A stretch of DNA of 64,000 nucleotides from Chloroflexota bacterium (GTDB taxonomy: Bacteria > Chloroflexota > Dormibacteria > CF-121). Shown here in pieces: positions 54,776 through 64,000 of the stretch. Made by a program: the position numbers and the translations under genes. The notes under the pieces were generated by a model. The model searched no databases. It was not told where the DNA came from and was given only the letters and a program-made list of their open reading frames with translations. The stretch's first letter is position 1; each line of letters opens with the position of its first letter. The stretch covers positions 9,784 to 73,783 of the forward strand of contig VBFR01000184.1 of the NCBI GenBank assembly GCA_005889345.1, read 5' to 3'.

Positions 54776-55815
54776 GCCCGGTGGTGCTCGTACCGCTCGT
54801 CATCCTCATCTTCAGCCTCCTCGTGATCGTGCACGAGTCGGGTCACTTCATCACCGCCAAGCTCGCCGGAATCAAGGTGGAGCAATTCAGCGTGGGGTTC
54901 GGTCCGCAACTCCTCGGCTGGACGCGCGGCGAGACGCTCTACGCGGTCCGTGCCATTCCGCTTGGTGGCTTCGTCAAGCTGGCCGGGATGGACGGCAGCA
55001 TGGACGCCGGCCCACGCAGCTTCAATGCGCATCCGCTCTGGCAGCGCTTCATGGTCATCGTCGCCGGGTCGGCATTCAACCTGGCGCTTCCCGTTCTGAT
55101 CTTCTTCGGCGTCTACACCACGGCCGGGGCGGCCGAGGTCCAAACGCCGATCCAGGTCAGCGCCGTGGACACCGGCACCCCGGCGAGCAGCGCCGGACTG
55201 CAGGCGGGTGACGTGATTCGCTCCGTCAACGGCCGCCCGATCAACAAGTTCGAGGATTTGCGCAGCACCCTCGATGCCGCCAGAGACACGCCGGCGACGG
55301 TGGTCGTCGACCGTCACGGTCAGCCGGTGACCTTGACCGCGACACCAAAGCTCGACCCGGCATCGGGCAGTTACATCCTCGGCTTTCATCCCGCCATCCA
55401 TTCCTTCAAGCCGGGTCCGGTCGACGCGGCGGGACGGGCTCTCCGGGATACCGGCGATTCCATCGCCGGCATCGTGGGCGGCATCTACCAGCTGGCAACG
55501 GACAAGAAGTTGGGAGGCCTGCTTGGTCCGCGGGGCCTCGAGGGCCCGGTCGGCATCGTGAAGACGACGGCCAGGGCCGCCCAGGCTGGGCCGCTGTCAC
55601 TGGTGGCCGTGGTTGCGCTGTTGAGCCTCAGCCTGGGGCTCGCCAACATCCTGCCGTTCCCCGCCCTCGATGGTGGGCGCGCCGCCTTCCTGGTGCTGGA
55701 ATTGGTCCGCGGCCGGCCGGTCGATCCCGCTCGCGAGCAGGTCGTCCACTACGTCGGACTCGCTCTCTTGTTTGGTTTGATCGGACTGGTGACATATAAC
55801 GATTTGTTGAGATGA
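54772..55815 (+). CDS. rseP: RIP metalloprotease RseP (M50 site-2 protease with PDZ domain)
   Basis: ATGA overlap with dxr. Contains [12 protein letters not shown] (HExxH), a PDZ region [13 protein letters not shown], and [11 protein letters not shown]. Confidence 0.93.
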   Translation: MSPVVLVPLVILIFSLLVIVHESGHFITAKLAGIKVEQFSVGFGPQLLGWTRGETLYAVRAIPLGGFVKLAGMDGSMDAGPRSFNAHPLWQRFMVIVAGSAFNLALPVLIFFGVYTTAGAAEVQTPIQVSAVDTGTPASSAGLQAGDVIRSVNGRPINKFEDLRSTLDAARDTPATVVVDRHGQPVTLTATPKLDPASGSYILGFHPAIHSFKPGPVDAAGRALRDTGDSIAGIVGGIYQLATDKKLGGLLGPRGLEGPVGIVKTTARAAQAGPLSLVAVVALLSLSLGLANILPFPALDGGRAAFLVLELVRGRPVDPAREQVVHYVGLALLFGLIGLVTYNDLLR

Positions 55816-55819
55816 GGCC

Positions 55820-56917
55820 ATGAGACCACGCCGCAAGTCGGTTCCGGTTCGCGTCGGCAATGTCGTCATCGGCGGTGCCGCCGAGATCGTCGTGCAATCG
55901 ATGACCAAGGCCGACACGCGAGATGTCAAAGCGACGCTCAACGAGATCGCGCGCCTCAAGGAGGCGAACTGCCGCATCGTGCGTGTCGCCGTCCCGACCA
56001 GAGAGGCGGCCCTCGCGATGGTGGAGATCAAGAAGGCCTCGCCGCTGCCGATCATCGCCGACATTCATTACGATGCGCCACTGGCCCTGATGGCGCTGGA
56101 GGCCGGCGTCGACGGATTGCGCTTGAATCCTGGCAACATCAAGGACCCGGAAAAAGTCAAAGAGATCACCCGTCGCGCGAAGGAACGCGAGGTGCCGATC
56201 CGCATCGGGGTCAACGCGGGTTCACTCCCGGGTCGTCCCAAAGAGGGCGCCGGCGTACGCCCGCCGACCGAGGAAGTCGTGGCGGCCATGGTCAACGCCG
56301 CTCTGGGCCACATCCACATCCTCGAATCGCTCGACTTCAACCTGATCAAGGTCTCGATGAAAGCCTCTGATCCACCCACCATGATCGCTGCCAACCGAGC
56401 GATCGCGGACAAGATCTCCTACCCGCTGCACCTGGGCGTCACCGAGGCGGGTCCGCCCCGCACCGGCGCCGTCAAGAGCGCCGTAGGGATCGGCGTCCTG
56501 CTGGAGGAAGGCATCGGCGACACCATCCGCGTGTCCCTCGCCGGCGACTCCGTCGATGAGGTCGAGGTCGCCTATGGCATCGTGAACGCCCTTGCCGAAA
56601 AGCTGACCGGACCCAACCTGATCGCCTGCCCGATGTGCGGCCGGCTGGAGATCGACATGCTGCCGATGGTGGCCGAGGTGGAGAAGGCGCTCAAGAAGAT
56701 CAAGCGACCGATCAATGTTTCGGTGATGGGCTGTGTGGTCAACGGCCCTGGCGAGGGCCAGCACGCCGACATCGGCATCGCCGGTGGCAAGAATAAGGGC
56801 ATCCTTTTCAAGCACGGCAAGATCGTTGGCACCTTCGCAGAAAAAGACCTGGTGCCCGCGCTGCTTCGCGAACTCGACGCGATTGCTAAAGAGGACGAGC
56901 AGAAGCTCGCGTCGTAG
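55820..56917 (+). CDS. ispG: 4-hydroxy-3-methylbut-2-en-1-yl diphosphate synthase (flavodoxin)
   Basis: Contains VQSMT, VRVAVP, RIGVNAGSL and CPMCGR...VMGCVVNGPGE. Confidence 0.95.
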   Translation: MRPRRKSVPVRVGNVVIGGAAEIVVQSMTKADTRDVKATLNEIARLKEANCRIVRVAVPTREAALAMVEIKKASPLPIIADIHYDAPLALMALEAGVDGLRLNPGNIKDPEKVKEITRRAKEREVPIRIGVNAGSLPGRPKEGAGVRPPTEEVVAAMVNAALGHIHILESLDFNLIKVSMKASDPPTMIAANRAIADKISYPLHLGVTEAGPPRTGAVKSAVGIGVLLEEGIGDTIRVSLAGDSVDEVEVAYGIVNALAEKLTGPNLIACPMCGRLEIDMLPMVAEVEKALKKIKRPINVSVMGCVVNGPGEGQHADIGIAGGKNKGILFKHGKIVGTFAEKDLVPALLRELDAIAKEDEQKLAS

Positions 56918-56922
56918 GCCCG

Positions 56923-56928
56923 TATACT
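56923..56928 (+). promoter_or_regulatory. -10 box TATACT, 10 nt upstream of the proS ATG (leaderless/short-leader candidate)
   Basis: TATACT-cctaagccac-ATG, with no Shine-Dalgarno. Confidence 0.35.
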
Positions 56929-56938
56929 CCTAAGCCAC

Positions 56939-58390
56939 ATGGCCGAGGAGGAAAAACCAGAAACCGGTTTCGTCAAGGAGATTCGCAAACAGTCCCAGGA
57001 TTTTCCGGGTTGGTACAACGATGTCGTTCGCAAAGCGCAATTAGCGGACAACTCCCCGGTCGCCGGAACCATGATCATTCGCCCCTACGGCTACGCGCTG
57101 TGGGAAAACATCCGCGATCCGCTCGACGGGCTGATCAAGGAAACCGGGCACGAGAACTGGTACTTCCCGGCGCTAATTCCTCTCAGTTTCCTGCAGAAGG
57201 AGAAAGACCACGTCGCCGGCTTCGAACCGGAATTTCAACTCGTCACCAAAGGCGGCGGCAAGGACCTCGAGGAGCCCCTCGTCCTGCGGCCAACCTCGGA
57301 GACGATGATCGCGACGGTGCTGCGCGATTACATCCAGTCCTACCGCGACCTGCCGGTGCTCACCAACCAGTGGAACAACGTCTTTCGCTGGGAGCTGCGC
57401 ACGCGATTCTTCCTGCGCACACGCGAGTTTCTCTGGCAGGAGGGGCATACCTTCCACGAGACCGCGGCGGAGGCCGAGGAAGAAGTCGCGAAGATGCTCG
57501 ACTGCTATCGCCGCATCGCCGAGGAGTGGTGCGCGATCCCGGTCCTCACGGGTCGCAAGTCCGAGAGCGAGAAGTTTGCCGGCGCCCGCTACTCGACCGC
57601 GATCGAGGGCATGATGATGGACGGCAAGGCCTTACAGATGGGCACCTCGCACTACTTCGGCGAGAACTTCACGCGTGCCTACGACCTGACCTACACCGGG
57701 CGCACCAACGAGCGGCAGTATCCGCATTCGACCAGCTGGGGCATGTCCACGCGCATGGTGGGGGCGGTCGTGTTGGCACACGGCGACGACTCCGGCCTGC
57801 AGCTGCCGCCCCGCATCGCGCCGGTGCAGGTCGTGATCGTCCCGATCTTCCGCGGCGACTCGGAGCGGAGCCAGATCGAAACCGCGCTCAATCAGGTGCG
57901 CGCCGACCTGGAGGACATCCGCGTCAAGGTCGATTGGCGAGACGAGCGGCCCGGCTTCAAGTTCAACGAGTGGGAGTTGAAGGGCGTTCCGCTGCGCATC
58001 GAGATCGGTCCGCGCGACCTGGCCAAGGGCGAGGCGACCGTCGTCCGTCGCCTGAACCGGGCGAAGCAAACTGTCCCCCTCGGTGAGCTGGGGGTCGCCA
58101 TCCCGGCCCTGCTCGAGGAGGTCCAGGAGGCGCTCTTCAGGCGCGCTCGGGAATTCCGCGAGGCGCACACGGTCAGGCTCGATTCGCTGGAGGCCATGGT
58201 GCGCTTCTTCGAGACCTCCATCGGCTTCGCCGTCACCTCCTGGTGCGGTCGCGAGGACGACGAGCGCACCGTGAAGGACCGGACGACGGCCACCACCCGG
58301 GTGATCCTGTCATCCGGCCGGCCGGAGCAGCCCTGCGCCGTCTGCGGCCGTCCCGCCACGGTGGAAGTGGCCTGGGGAAAGGCGTACTGA
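56939..58390 (+). CDS. proS: Proline-tRNA ligase, archaeal/eukaryote-like type (no INS editing domain, C-terminal zinc-binding domain)
   Basis: Contains FPGWYNDVV, RPTSET, FRWE.R...FLRTREFLWQEGHT and HGDD.GL.LPP. The C-terminus has C..CG and ends ...WGKAY. Confidence 0.94.
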   Translation: MAEEEKPETGFVKEIRKQSQDFPGWYNDVVRKAQLADNSPVAGTMIIRPYGYALWENIRDPLDGLIKETGHENWYFPALIPLSFLQKEKDHVAGFEPEFQLVTKGGGKDLEEPLVLRPTSETMIATVLRDYIQSYRDLPVLTNQWNNVFRWELRTRFFLRTREFLWQEGHTFHETAAEAEEEVAKMLDCYRRIAEEWCAIPVLTGRKSESEKFAGARYSTAIEGMMMDGKALQMGTSHYFGENFTRAYDLTYTGRTNERQYPHSTSWGMSTRMVGAVVLAHGDDSGLQLPPRIAPVQVVIVPIFRGDSERSQIETALNQVRADLEDIRVKVDWRDERPGFKFNEWELKGVPLRIEIGPRDLAKGEATVVRRLNRAKQTVPLGELGVAIPALLEEVQEALFRRAREFREAHTVRLDSLEAMVRFFETSIGFAVTSWCGREDDERTVKDRTTATTRVILSSGRPEQPCAVCGRPATVEVAWGKAY

Positions 58391-58445
58391 TTCATTCCCG
58401 GAAGTTCGGGGATAATTCCGCCATCAACGAAATAGGGATGCGGAG

Positions 58446-60596
58446 ATGCAGTTTGCCGACCTACTGACCCGGGTGAGCTACTTGCCGCCGAAGGACATCG
58501 AGGTCCTGTCGCGGGCCTACGATGCTGCCGCCAGTGCTCACCACGACCAGAATCGGCTGTCGGGCGAGAAGTTCATCGAGCACCCGCTGAGCGTCGCCGC
58601 CATCCTGGCGGACCTCCAGCTGGATCGCGACACCCTGGCGGCCGCCATCCTCCACGACACCGTGGAAGACACCCACCTGACCGTTTCCGACCTGGAGCAG
58701 AGCTTCGGGCCGACGGTTGGCAAGCTGGTCGCCGGCGTCACCAAGCTGGAGAAGATCTCCTTCCACAGTCCCGAACAAGCGCAGGCGGAGAACGTTCGCA
58801 AGATGCTCGTGGCGATGGCGGAGGACGTCCGGGTGGTGCTCATGAAGCTGGCCGACCGGCTCCACAACATGCGGACGGTCGAGTCCCTGCCCGAGGTCCG
58901 GCGGCGGGCGATGGCGCAGGAGACCCTGGACATTTATGCCCCGCTGGCGCACCGCCTGGGCATGTGGAACATCAAGTGGGAGCTGGAAGACCTCTCCTTC
59001 GCCCAACTGCATCCCGACGAGTACCGGGAGATCGTGAAGAAGATCGCGCGCAAGCGGAAGGAGCGGGAGACCGCCGTCGACGACATCAAGGAGATCCTGG
59101 AACGCGAGCTGACGGCCGTCGGCATCAAGGCCGATACGACGGGGCGACCGAAGCACGTCTACAGCATCGCCAGCAAGCTCGCCATGGGGAAGGAGTTCGA
59201 AGACATCTACGATCTCTCGGCGATCCGGGTACTGACCGACTCGATCAAGGATTGCTACGGCGCCCTGGGAGTCATCCACTCACTCTGGAAGCCGATTCCT
59301 GGCCGCTTCAAGGACTACATCGCGATGCCGAAGTCCAACGGCTATCAGTCGCTGCATACCACCGTCGTCAGCCACAGCGGCGAGCCGATGGAGATCCAGA
59401 TCCGCACCCACGAGATGCACCGCACGGCGGAATGGGGCGTGGCGGCCCACTGGACCTACAAAGAGGGCGGCAAGGATGACCGCAAGATGGACCAGCGTTT
59501 CGCCTGGCTGCGCCAGCTGATGGACTGGCAGAAGGAGGTGCTCGACGCCGAGAAGTTCGTCGACGCTGTGAAGGTCGACGTCTTTCGGGACGAGGTCTTC
59601 GTCTTCACCCCGAAAGGCGACGTGCTGGCCCTGCCGACGGGAGCGACCGCGGTGGATTTCGCCTACCGGATCCACACCGAGGTGGGGCACCGCTGCATCG
59701 GCGCCAAGGCCAACGGCCGCATGGTGCCGCTCGACTACCAGTTGCAAAACGGCGACATCGTCGAAGTTCTGACCTCCAAGGGCCCGCACGGCCCCAGTCG
59801 TGACTGGCTGGCTTTTGTCAAGACTGCCGGGGCCTCGCAGAAGATCCGCGTCTGGTTCAAGAAGGAGCGGCGCGAAGAGAACGTCAGCAAGGGCAAGGAG
59901 CTGCTCGACAAGGAATTCCGGCGCATGCAGCAGCGCGCGCTAGCCTCCATTGGGGATGAGCGCGTCCTGGAGCTCGCCCGGGAGTTCCGCTTCCAGGAGC
60001 TCAATGATTTCTACGCCGCCATCGGATACGGCGACGTCAGCCCGCACTCCGTGCTGCTCAAGTACATGGCGGCCGGTGAGCCGCAGACGGACGGCAATGG
60101 CGAGTTCCCGCTCATTCCGCTGGTCCCCCAGTTCAAGCCCACCGGCGAAATTCGCGTCAAGGGCGAGCGCGGCGTACTCACTCAGATCGCGCAATGCTGC
60201 AAGCCGGTGCCGGGTGACCCGATCAGTGGCTATATCACGCGGGGCAAAGGGATCACGGTGCACCGAACGAGCTGTAAGAACATCATGAACGTCAGCAACC
60301 AGGAGCGTGTCGTCCCCGTCGATTGGGACACGGGCGGCCGACAGCTCTATCCCGTCGGGATCAAGATCGAGGCCTGGGATCGAACCGGGCTACTGCGTGA
60401 TATCGCCACCGTCATCGCCGAGAGCAAGATCAACCTCACGGGCGCCGAAGTCCAGGTCTACGACGACAAGACGGCGGTGATCTCGACCACCGTCGAGATC
60501 AGCAGCCTCACCCAGCTCAGCCGGCTGATGGAACGGCTGGAAACGGTCAAGGACGTCCACACCGTGGCCCGCGAAGGCAACCTGTCGCACAACTGA
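58446..60596 (+). CDS. rel: Bifunctional (p)ppGpp synthetase/hydrolase RelA/SpoT homologue
   Basis: HD domain (HPLSVA...LHDTVEDT), synthetase domain (YSIASK...DYIA.PK.NGYQSLHT), TGS domain (VFTPKGD...LP.GAT..DFAY) and a C-terminal ACT domain. Confidence 0.95.
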   Translation: MQFADLLTRVSYLPPKDIEVLSRAYDAAASAHHDQNRLSGEKFIEHPLSVAAILADLQLDRDTLAAAILHDTVEDTHLTVSDLEQSFGPTVGKLVAGVTKLEKISFHSPEQAQAENVRKMLVAMAEDVRVVLMKLADRLHNMRTVESLPEVRRRAMAQETLDIYAPLAHRLGMWNIKWELEDLSFAQLHPDEYREIVKKIARKRKERETAVDDIKEILERELTAVGIKADTTGRPKHVYSIASKLAMGKEFEDIYDLSAIRVLTDSIKDCYGALGVIHSLWKPIPGRFKDYIAMPKSNGYQSLHTTVVSHSGEPMEIQIRTHEMHRTAEWGVAAHWTYKEGGKDDRKMDQRFAWLRQLMDWQKEVLDAEKFVDAVKVDVFRDEVFVFTPKGDVLALPTGATAVDFAYRIHTEVGHRCIGAKANGRMVPLDYQLQNGDIVEVLTSKGPHGPSRDWLAFVKTAGASQKIRVWFKKERREENVSKGKELLDKEFRRMQQRALASIGDERVLELAREFRFQELNDFYAAIGYGDVSPHSVLLKYMAAGEPQTDGNGEFPLIPLVPQFKPTGEIRVKGERGVLTQIAQCCKPVPGDPISGYITRGKGITVHRTSCKNIMNVSNQERVVPVDWDTGGRQLYPVGIKIEAWDRTGLLRDIATVIAESKINLTGAEVQVYDDKTAVISTTVEISSLTQLSRLMERLETVKDVHTVAREGNLSHN

Positions 60597-60680
60597 GCCC
60601 TCTGGCCGTTACCACTTCGTAACGCTGAACCGATCGGCTGCGGGGAAACGGTTGCCGTAACCCGGCCTGCCTAGCATCGA

Positions 60681-61592
60681 ATGCCGATGGGTGCCCCTTC
60701 GAATAGCTGGCGCGCGCTCGCGAGCTTCCTCGGCGTTGCCGTGGGAGTTGCCCTGCTGTTCGCCGTGGTCGCCATGGTCGCCCTTCGACCCAAGGAGGGC
60801 CTGGCCTGGGTTCGCGTTCCCGATTTGAGCGCGGACCTCCGTGTGGACGCCGGCCTGCAGACCAAACCGCTGAAGGACACCGTGGTGGCGGCGGTGCTTC
60901 AGGACCTGACGCTCGACGGCACCATGTCGGGCGGCCTCGCGGTCGCTCCGGCGCTCGTCGTCGCGCCGCCGCCAGCCGTCGCGATCAATACCTCGCCGGC
61001 CGCGCGGCCGGTGGCGCCGACAGACCCCGCGCAACCGGGGCCGGCCGCCACGCCCGTGTCCACACCAGACCCCGGACCGTCGCCGACACCCACACCGGCG
61101 CCGGCGCCTACCCCGACGCCGAGTCCCACGCCGAGCGTCGCAGCCACGCCGACGCCTATCCCGACACCGACCCCAACACCGGTGCCCACGCCGAGTCCTA
61201 CTCCGGCGCCCACGCCGACGCCGACCCCCGCGCCCACGCCGACGCCTTCGGCGACGCCCAAGCCGCAGTTTGCGATCAAGTGGGCTGGCGAGCTGGTCAC
61301 CAAATCAAAGAACGGCAATGGCGGCCCCTGCTCGCAAACAACGGTCACGGCCAACGGTGGCTTCACCACCAACGGTGTGGGTGGCACGGTCTCCTACCAT
61401 TGGGTGCGCGTCGACAACCAGGGTAACCGGACCATCGGGGCCTCTGGCACGATTCAGGTGGCGGCCGGCGACACCAACCTGCATGGCGTCACCAGCGACA
61501 CCTTTACTCCCGTCCACAGTGGCTCCGATCAGCTGGTCTTCCTCAGTCCCGCCTACTCCGTCCCGGCGCAGAGTTGGAACTGTATTGGCTAG
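60681..61592 (+). CDS. Membrane-anchored extracytoplasmic protein with Pro/Thr-rich linker and Cys-containing beta-rich C-terminal domain
   Basis: N-terminal TM helix (ALASFLGVAVGVALLFAVVAMVAL), about 90 aa of P/T/A/S repeats, then a roughly 105-aa G/T/V-rich domain with 2 Cys. No family recognised. Confidence 0.7.
   Translation: MPMGAPSNSWRALASFLGVAVGVALLFAVVAMVALRPKEGLAWVRVPDLSADLRVDAGLQTKPLKDTVVAAVLQDLTLDGTMSGGLAVAPALVVAPPPAVAINTSPAARPVAPTDPAQPGPAATPVSTPDPGPSPTPTPAPAPTPTPSPTPSVAATPTPIPTPTPTPVPTPSPTPAPTPTPTPAPTPTPSATPKPQFAIKWAGELVTKSKNGNGGPCSQTTVTANGGFTTNGVGGTVSYHWVRVDNQGNRTIGASGTIQVAAGDTNLHGVTSDTFTPVHSGSDQLVFLSPAYSVPAQSWNCIG
61065..61265 (+). repeat. Degenerate (CCN-ACN)n tract encoding (P-T/S/A/V)n
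   Basis: Encodes PDPGPSPTPTPAPAPTPTPSPTPSVAATPTPIPTPTPTPVPTPSPTPAPTPTPTPAPTPTPSATP. Confidence 0.85.
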
Positions 61593-64000
61593 AGCACGCC
61601 TTCGCCTCCCCCTGACGCTGCCCACCCTGCGGATCCGCACCCAGATCATCCTGCCGTTCCTGCTCCTGATGCTGATCCTGGGCGTGATCGGCACCTACCT
61701 GACAACCAGCCTGGTCGCGACCTCACTGGAGAACCGCATTGCGGACCAGCTGGTCCACTCCCAGGACGCGGCGTTGGACGCGGCGGTCAAGCTCCAGGGC
61801 CGCCAGGTGGCGGCGATCCGCCTGATCGCGAATACGGAGGGGATCGACCAGGCGGTCCGTGCCGGCGACGCCGCCGCCCTCCGCCGGCTGATCGTGCCGC
61901 TTGAAGTGAACAACCGCCTGGGCACCGTCATGATCTTCGACCCCCGCGGAAAGACGATCCTCGAAATCAGCCAGCCGGACGCCACGAACCCTGGCGGCCT
62001 CGTCTTTGGGAGCGGGACCGATCTCTCCAACGAGCCGGTGGTGCGGCCCGTGCTCAGGGGCGACTACGACGCGCTCGGCGACAAGTACATCGGCTACACG
62101 GGGTCGCCGCCCAGCGCGCTGTCGGCCGCCGGCCCGGTGCTGCTCGGCGACCAGGTTGTCGGTGGCGTCCTCGTGCAAACACCGCTGGCCGGCGTGCTCA
62201 GCGAGATGCAAGCCAAGGCCCAAGCCGACGTGGCGCTGATGGATAGTGGCGGCCGGCTGATCGGTGGCACCGTCCCTGGCATCAAGGGGGACCTGATTGA
62301 CGAGCACCTGCGCTCCTACCTCGCACTGGCCTCACCGGGCCGGGCGGCGTCGCGAAGCCTGTCGGTCGGCACCCAGGAATATGAGTTTCAGTTCACCAAC
62401 TTCTACCTGCGCCAGGTACCTGCCGGCATCCTCGCCGTCGCGGTCTCCCGAAAGAGCGTGATGCAGGCCGGGATGCAGTCCGCGATCCAGATGACGGCGC
62501 TCTTCGCGGGCGTGGTGCTGATCCTGCTGCTGATCGGCTACCTTCTGGCTCTGCGACTCACGCGCCCGATCGAGGCGCTGGTGAGCGGTACGCAGGCGGT
62601 GGCGCGCGGCGACCTGACCAAACGACTCGAGGTCAGGCGCAAAGACGAGCTCGGCGAGCTGGCAACCGCCTTCAACACCATGACCCAGGACCTCCAGGAG
62701 CGGACCCGATCGCTCAACGAGCAGATGCGCCGCCTGGCCGCCCTGTCGCAGACGAGCCAGGGCCTCGGGAAGCACTCAGAGCCCGGCGCCATGGCCGAAG
62801 CGATCCTGGGTGTCAGCCTGAAGGCCCTCGGGCTCGACACGGCGCTGTTGCTCGCCCGCAATGAGGCGAACGGGCTCGAAGTCCGCGCCACCGTCGGCGC
62901 CTCCCCTAAGGCCGCCGGCCAGTTAAGGCGGCTGAGTCCCGTGAAGCTGGCAGAAGGGTTTGCGAGCGAGGCGACCGCCGGCGTCGAAATCGCGGAAACG
63001 TTGCCCGCCGATGCGCGACGCGCGCTGCGCCTTTTCGCCGAGCTCGCCGGTGTCGAGCGAGCCCTGGTCGTACCCCTGATTCGCGGTGAGCGCAACGCGG
63101 GATACCTGGTCACGGGTCTGGCCGCCGGATACACCCTGCCCCAGCAGGATGTCGAGCTGCTGCAGACGATCGGTACCGAGATGGCGTTGATGATCGAAAA
63201 CGCCGACCTGCGCAAGAAGGCCGAGCTCCAGTCCCATCGTCTCGACCAGGCCATCATCGCGCTGGAGAAGATCTCGCAGGCCCTGACGGCGGTCACGGTT
63301 GGAACCGACAACCTGTTGCGCGCCGTGGCGCACGCCACCTCCGAGATCCTCGATGTTCCCTATGCCTCACTACACTTGCGCAAGGCCGCATGGCGGCAGC
63401 AGTTCTCAGATGTGATCGTGGGTGCCACGACGCGACGCGAGCTGGCCGCGGTCCGCCAGGGCGGCGACGTGGCCACCCCACGCGTGGTGCGGCCCGAGCA
63501 GGTGCTGGAGCTCGACCTCGTTGATGAGCGCGGCTCCCCCTTGCCGCTGGCGCGGCGAATCGGCCTGCAGCGGACCGTCGCCGTGCCGATGTGCCTGGGA
63601 GGGGAGATCGTCGGTGTGCTGGCCGTTCACATGAAGGAACCACGGCCGCTGGAACGGAGCGAAATCCGGGTGCTGCAAACGCTGGCAAACCAGGCGGTGA
63701 TCGCGATCGAGAATGCTGCGGCCTACGAGCGGACCAAGGAGCTGGCGACGACCGACGCCATGACCGGGGTCGCGAACCATCGGGAGCTCGAGACCTACCT
63801 CGACCGCGAGCTGCTACGGGCCAGGAAGACGAAGGAGGCACTTGCCATCATCATGTGCGACGTCGACCACTTCAAGGCCATCAACGACAGCGTCGGTCAC
63901 CCCGCGGGAGACAAAGTGCTCCGCCACCTGACGCGACAGATCCTGCTGCCCGCGATCCGGCCCAAGGATCTCGTCGCCCGCTACGGCGGCGATGAGTTCG
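61585..64000 (+). CDS. Sensor diguanylate cyclase, 3'-partial (TM, extracytoplasmic sensor domain, TM, HAMP, two GAF-like domains, GGDEF)
   Basis: Absent from the ORF track because it has no stop in the window. The frame is open from TTG 61585 ((M)ARARLRLPLTLPTLRIRTQIILPFLLLMLILGVIG). HAMP region RPIEALVSGTQAVARGDLTKRLEV...ELGELATAFNTM. GGDEF start TDAMTGVANHRELE...IIMCDVDHFKAINDSVGHPAGDKVL...RYGGDEF at the window edge. Confidence 0.88.
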   Translation, partial: MARARLRLPLTLPTLRIRTQIILPFLLLMLILGVIGTYLTTSLVATSLENRIADQLVHSQDAALDAAVKLQGRQVAAIRLIANTEGIDQAVRAGDAAALRRLIVPLEVNNRLGTVMIFDPRGKTILEISQPDATNPGGLVFGSGTDLSNEPVVRPVLRGDYDALGDKYIGYTGSPPSALSAAGPVLLGDQVVGGVLVQTPLAGVLSEMQAKAQADVALMDSGGRLIGGTVPGIKGDLIDEHLRSYLALASPGRAASRSLSVGTQEYEFQFTNFYLRQVPAGILAVAVSRKSVMQAGMQSAIQMTALFAGVVLILLLIGYLLALRLTRPIEALVSGTQAVARGDLTKRLEVRRKDELGELATAFNTMTQDLQERTRSLNEQMRRLAALSQTSQGLGKHSEPGAMAEAILGVSLKALGLDTALLLARNEANGLEVRATVGASPKAAGQLRRLSPVKLAEGFASEATAGVEIAETLPADARRALRLFAELAGVERALVVPLIRGERNAGYLVTGLAAGYTLPQQDVELLQTIGTEMALMIENADLRKKAELQSHRLDQAIIALEKISQALTAVTVGTDNLLRAVAHATSEILDVPYASLHLRKAAWRQQFSDVIVGATTRRELAAVRQGGDVATPRVVRPEQVLELDLVDERGSPLPLARRIGLQRTVAVPMCLGGEIVGVLAVHMKEPRPLERSEIRVLQTLANQAVIAIENAAAYERTKELATTDAMTGVANHRELETYLDRELLRARKTKEALAIIMCDVDHFKAINDSVGHPAGDKVLRHLTRQILLPAIRPKDLVARYGGDEF

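Noticed and set aside
61065-61265. Repetitive DNA that could be mistaken for a CRISPR or tandem-repeat locus, plus antisense ORF 60899..61387
   Set aside because: The repeats are degenerate 6-nt CCN-ACN units with no spacer structure, lying inside a continuous ORF that encodes a Pro/Thr linker. The antisense ORF (G/V/A-rich) is a by-product.

Overview
A 64-kb window with high G+C (about two-thirds by eye, not computed) that is almost entirely coding. Most of it is a core-genome stretch with Firmicutes/Terrabacteria-style gene order: rpmB-asp23-yloV ... degV-recG-rsmD-coaD ... rpmF-fabD-fabG-acpP-rnc ... smc-ftsY-ylxM-ffh-rpsP-KH-rimM-trmD-rplS-rnhB-yraN ... comM-dprA-topA-rpsB-tsf-pyrH-frr-uppS-cdsA-dxr-rseP-ispG-proS-rel. 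One tRNA-Leu(GAG) is present. I saw no CRISPR array, transposase, integrase or recognisable defence system. The non-housekeeping parts are listed below.

- **Phosphorelay operon (1-6103):** five tightly coupled genes centred on an 864-aa coiled-coil protein. It carries a HisKA-like DHp domain and two receivers but no ATPase domain, and it sits next to a complete GAF-GAF histidine kinase.
- **Small-gene cluster (7910-9095):** an acetyltransferase, an orphan Flp-type pilin and two unannotated tandem paralogous small ORFs (46 and 40 aa).
- **mod operon (25988-29009):** preceded by an HTH+TOBE regulator and followed by two unplaced hypothetical genes.
- **Minus-strand chain (41457-43738):** four translationally coupled genes in the order frameshifted acetyltransferase, Zn-ribbon, Nudix, SIS.
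- **3' edge:** a Pro/Thr-repeat envelope protein and a large sensor diguanylate cyclase that runs off the window. The cyclase is absent from the ORF track.

Two genome-style peculiarities recur. Several conserved genes (rlmN, fabD, rnc, the SIS gene) have conserved N-terminal sequence upstream of the first ATG/GTG/TTG, which implies CTG/ATC-type starts; one of these is a CTGA start/stop overlap. Several genes also have a consensus -10 box only 3-10 nt upstream of the start codon and no Shine-Dalgarno, which suggests leaderless mRNAs.

All functional calls come from motif recognition by eye. No database search was run.
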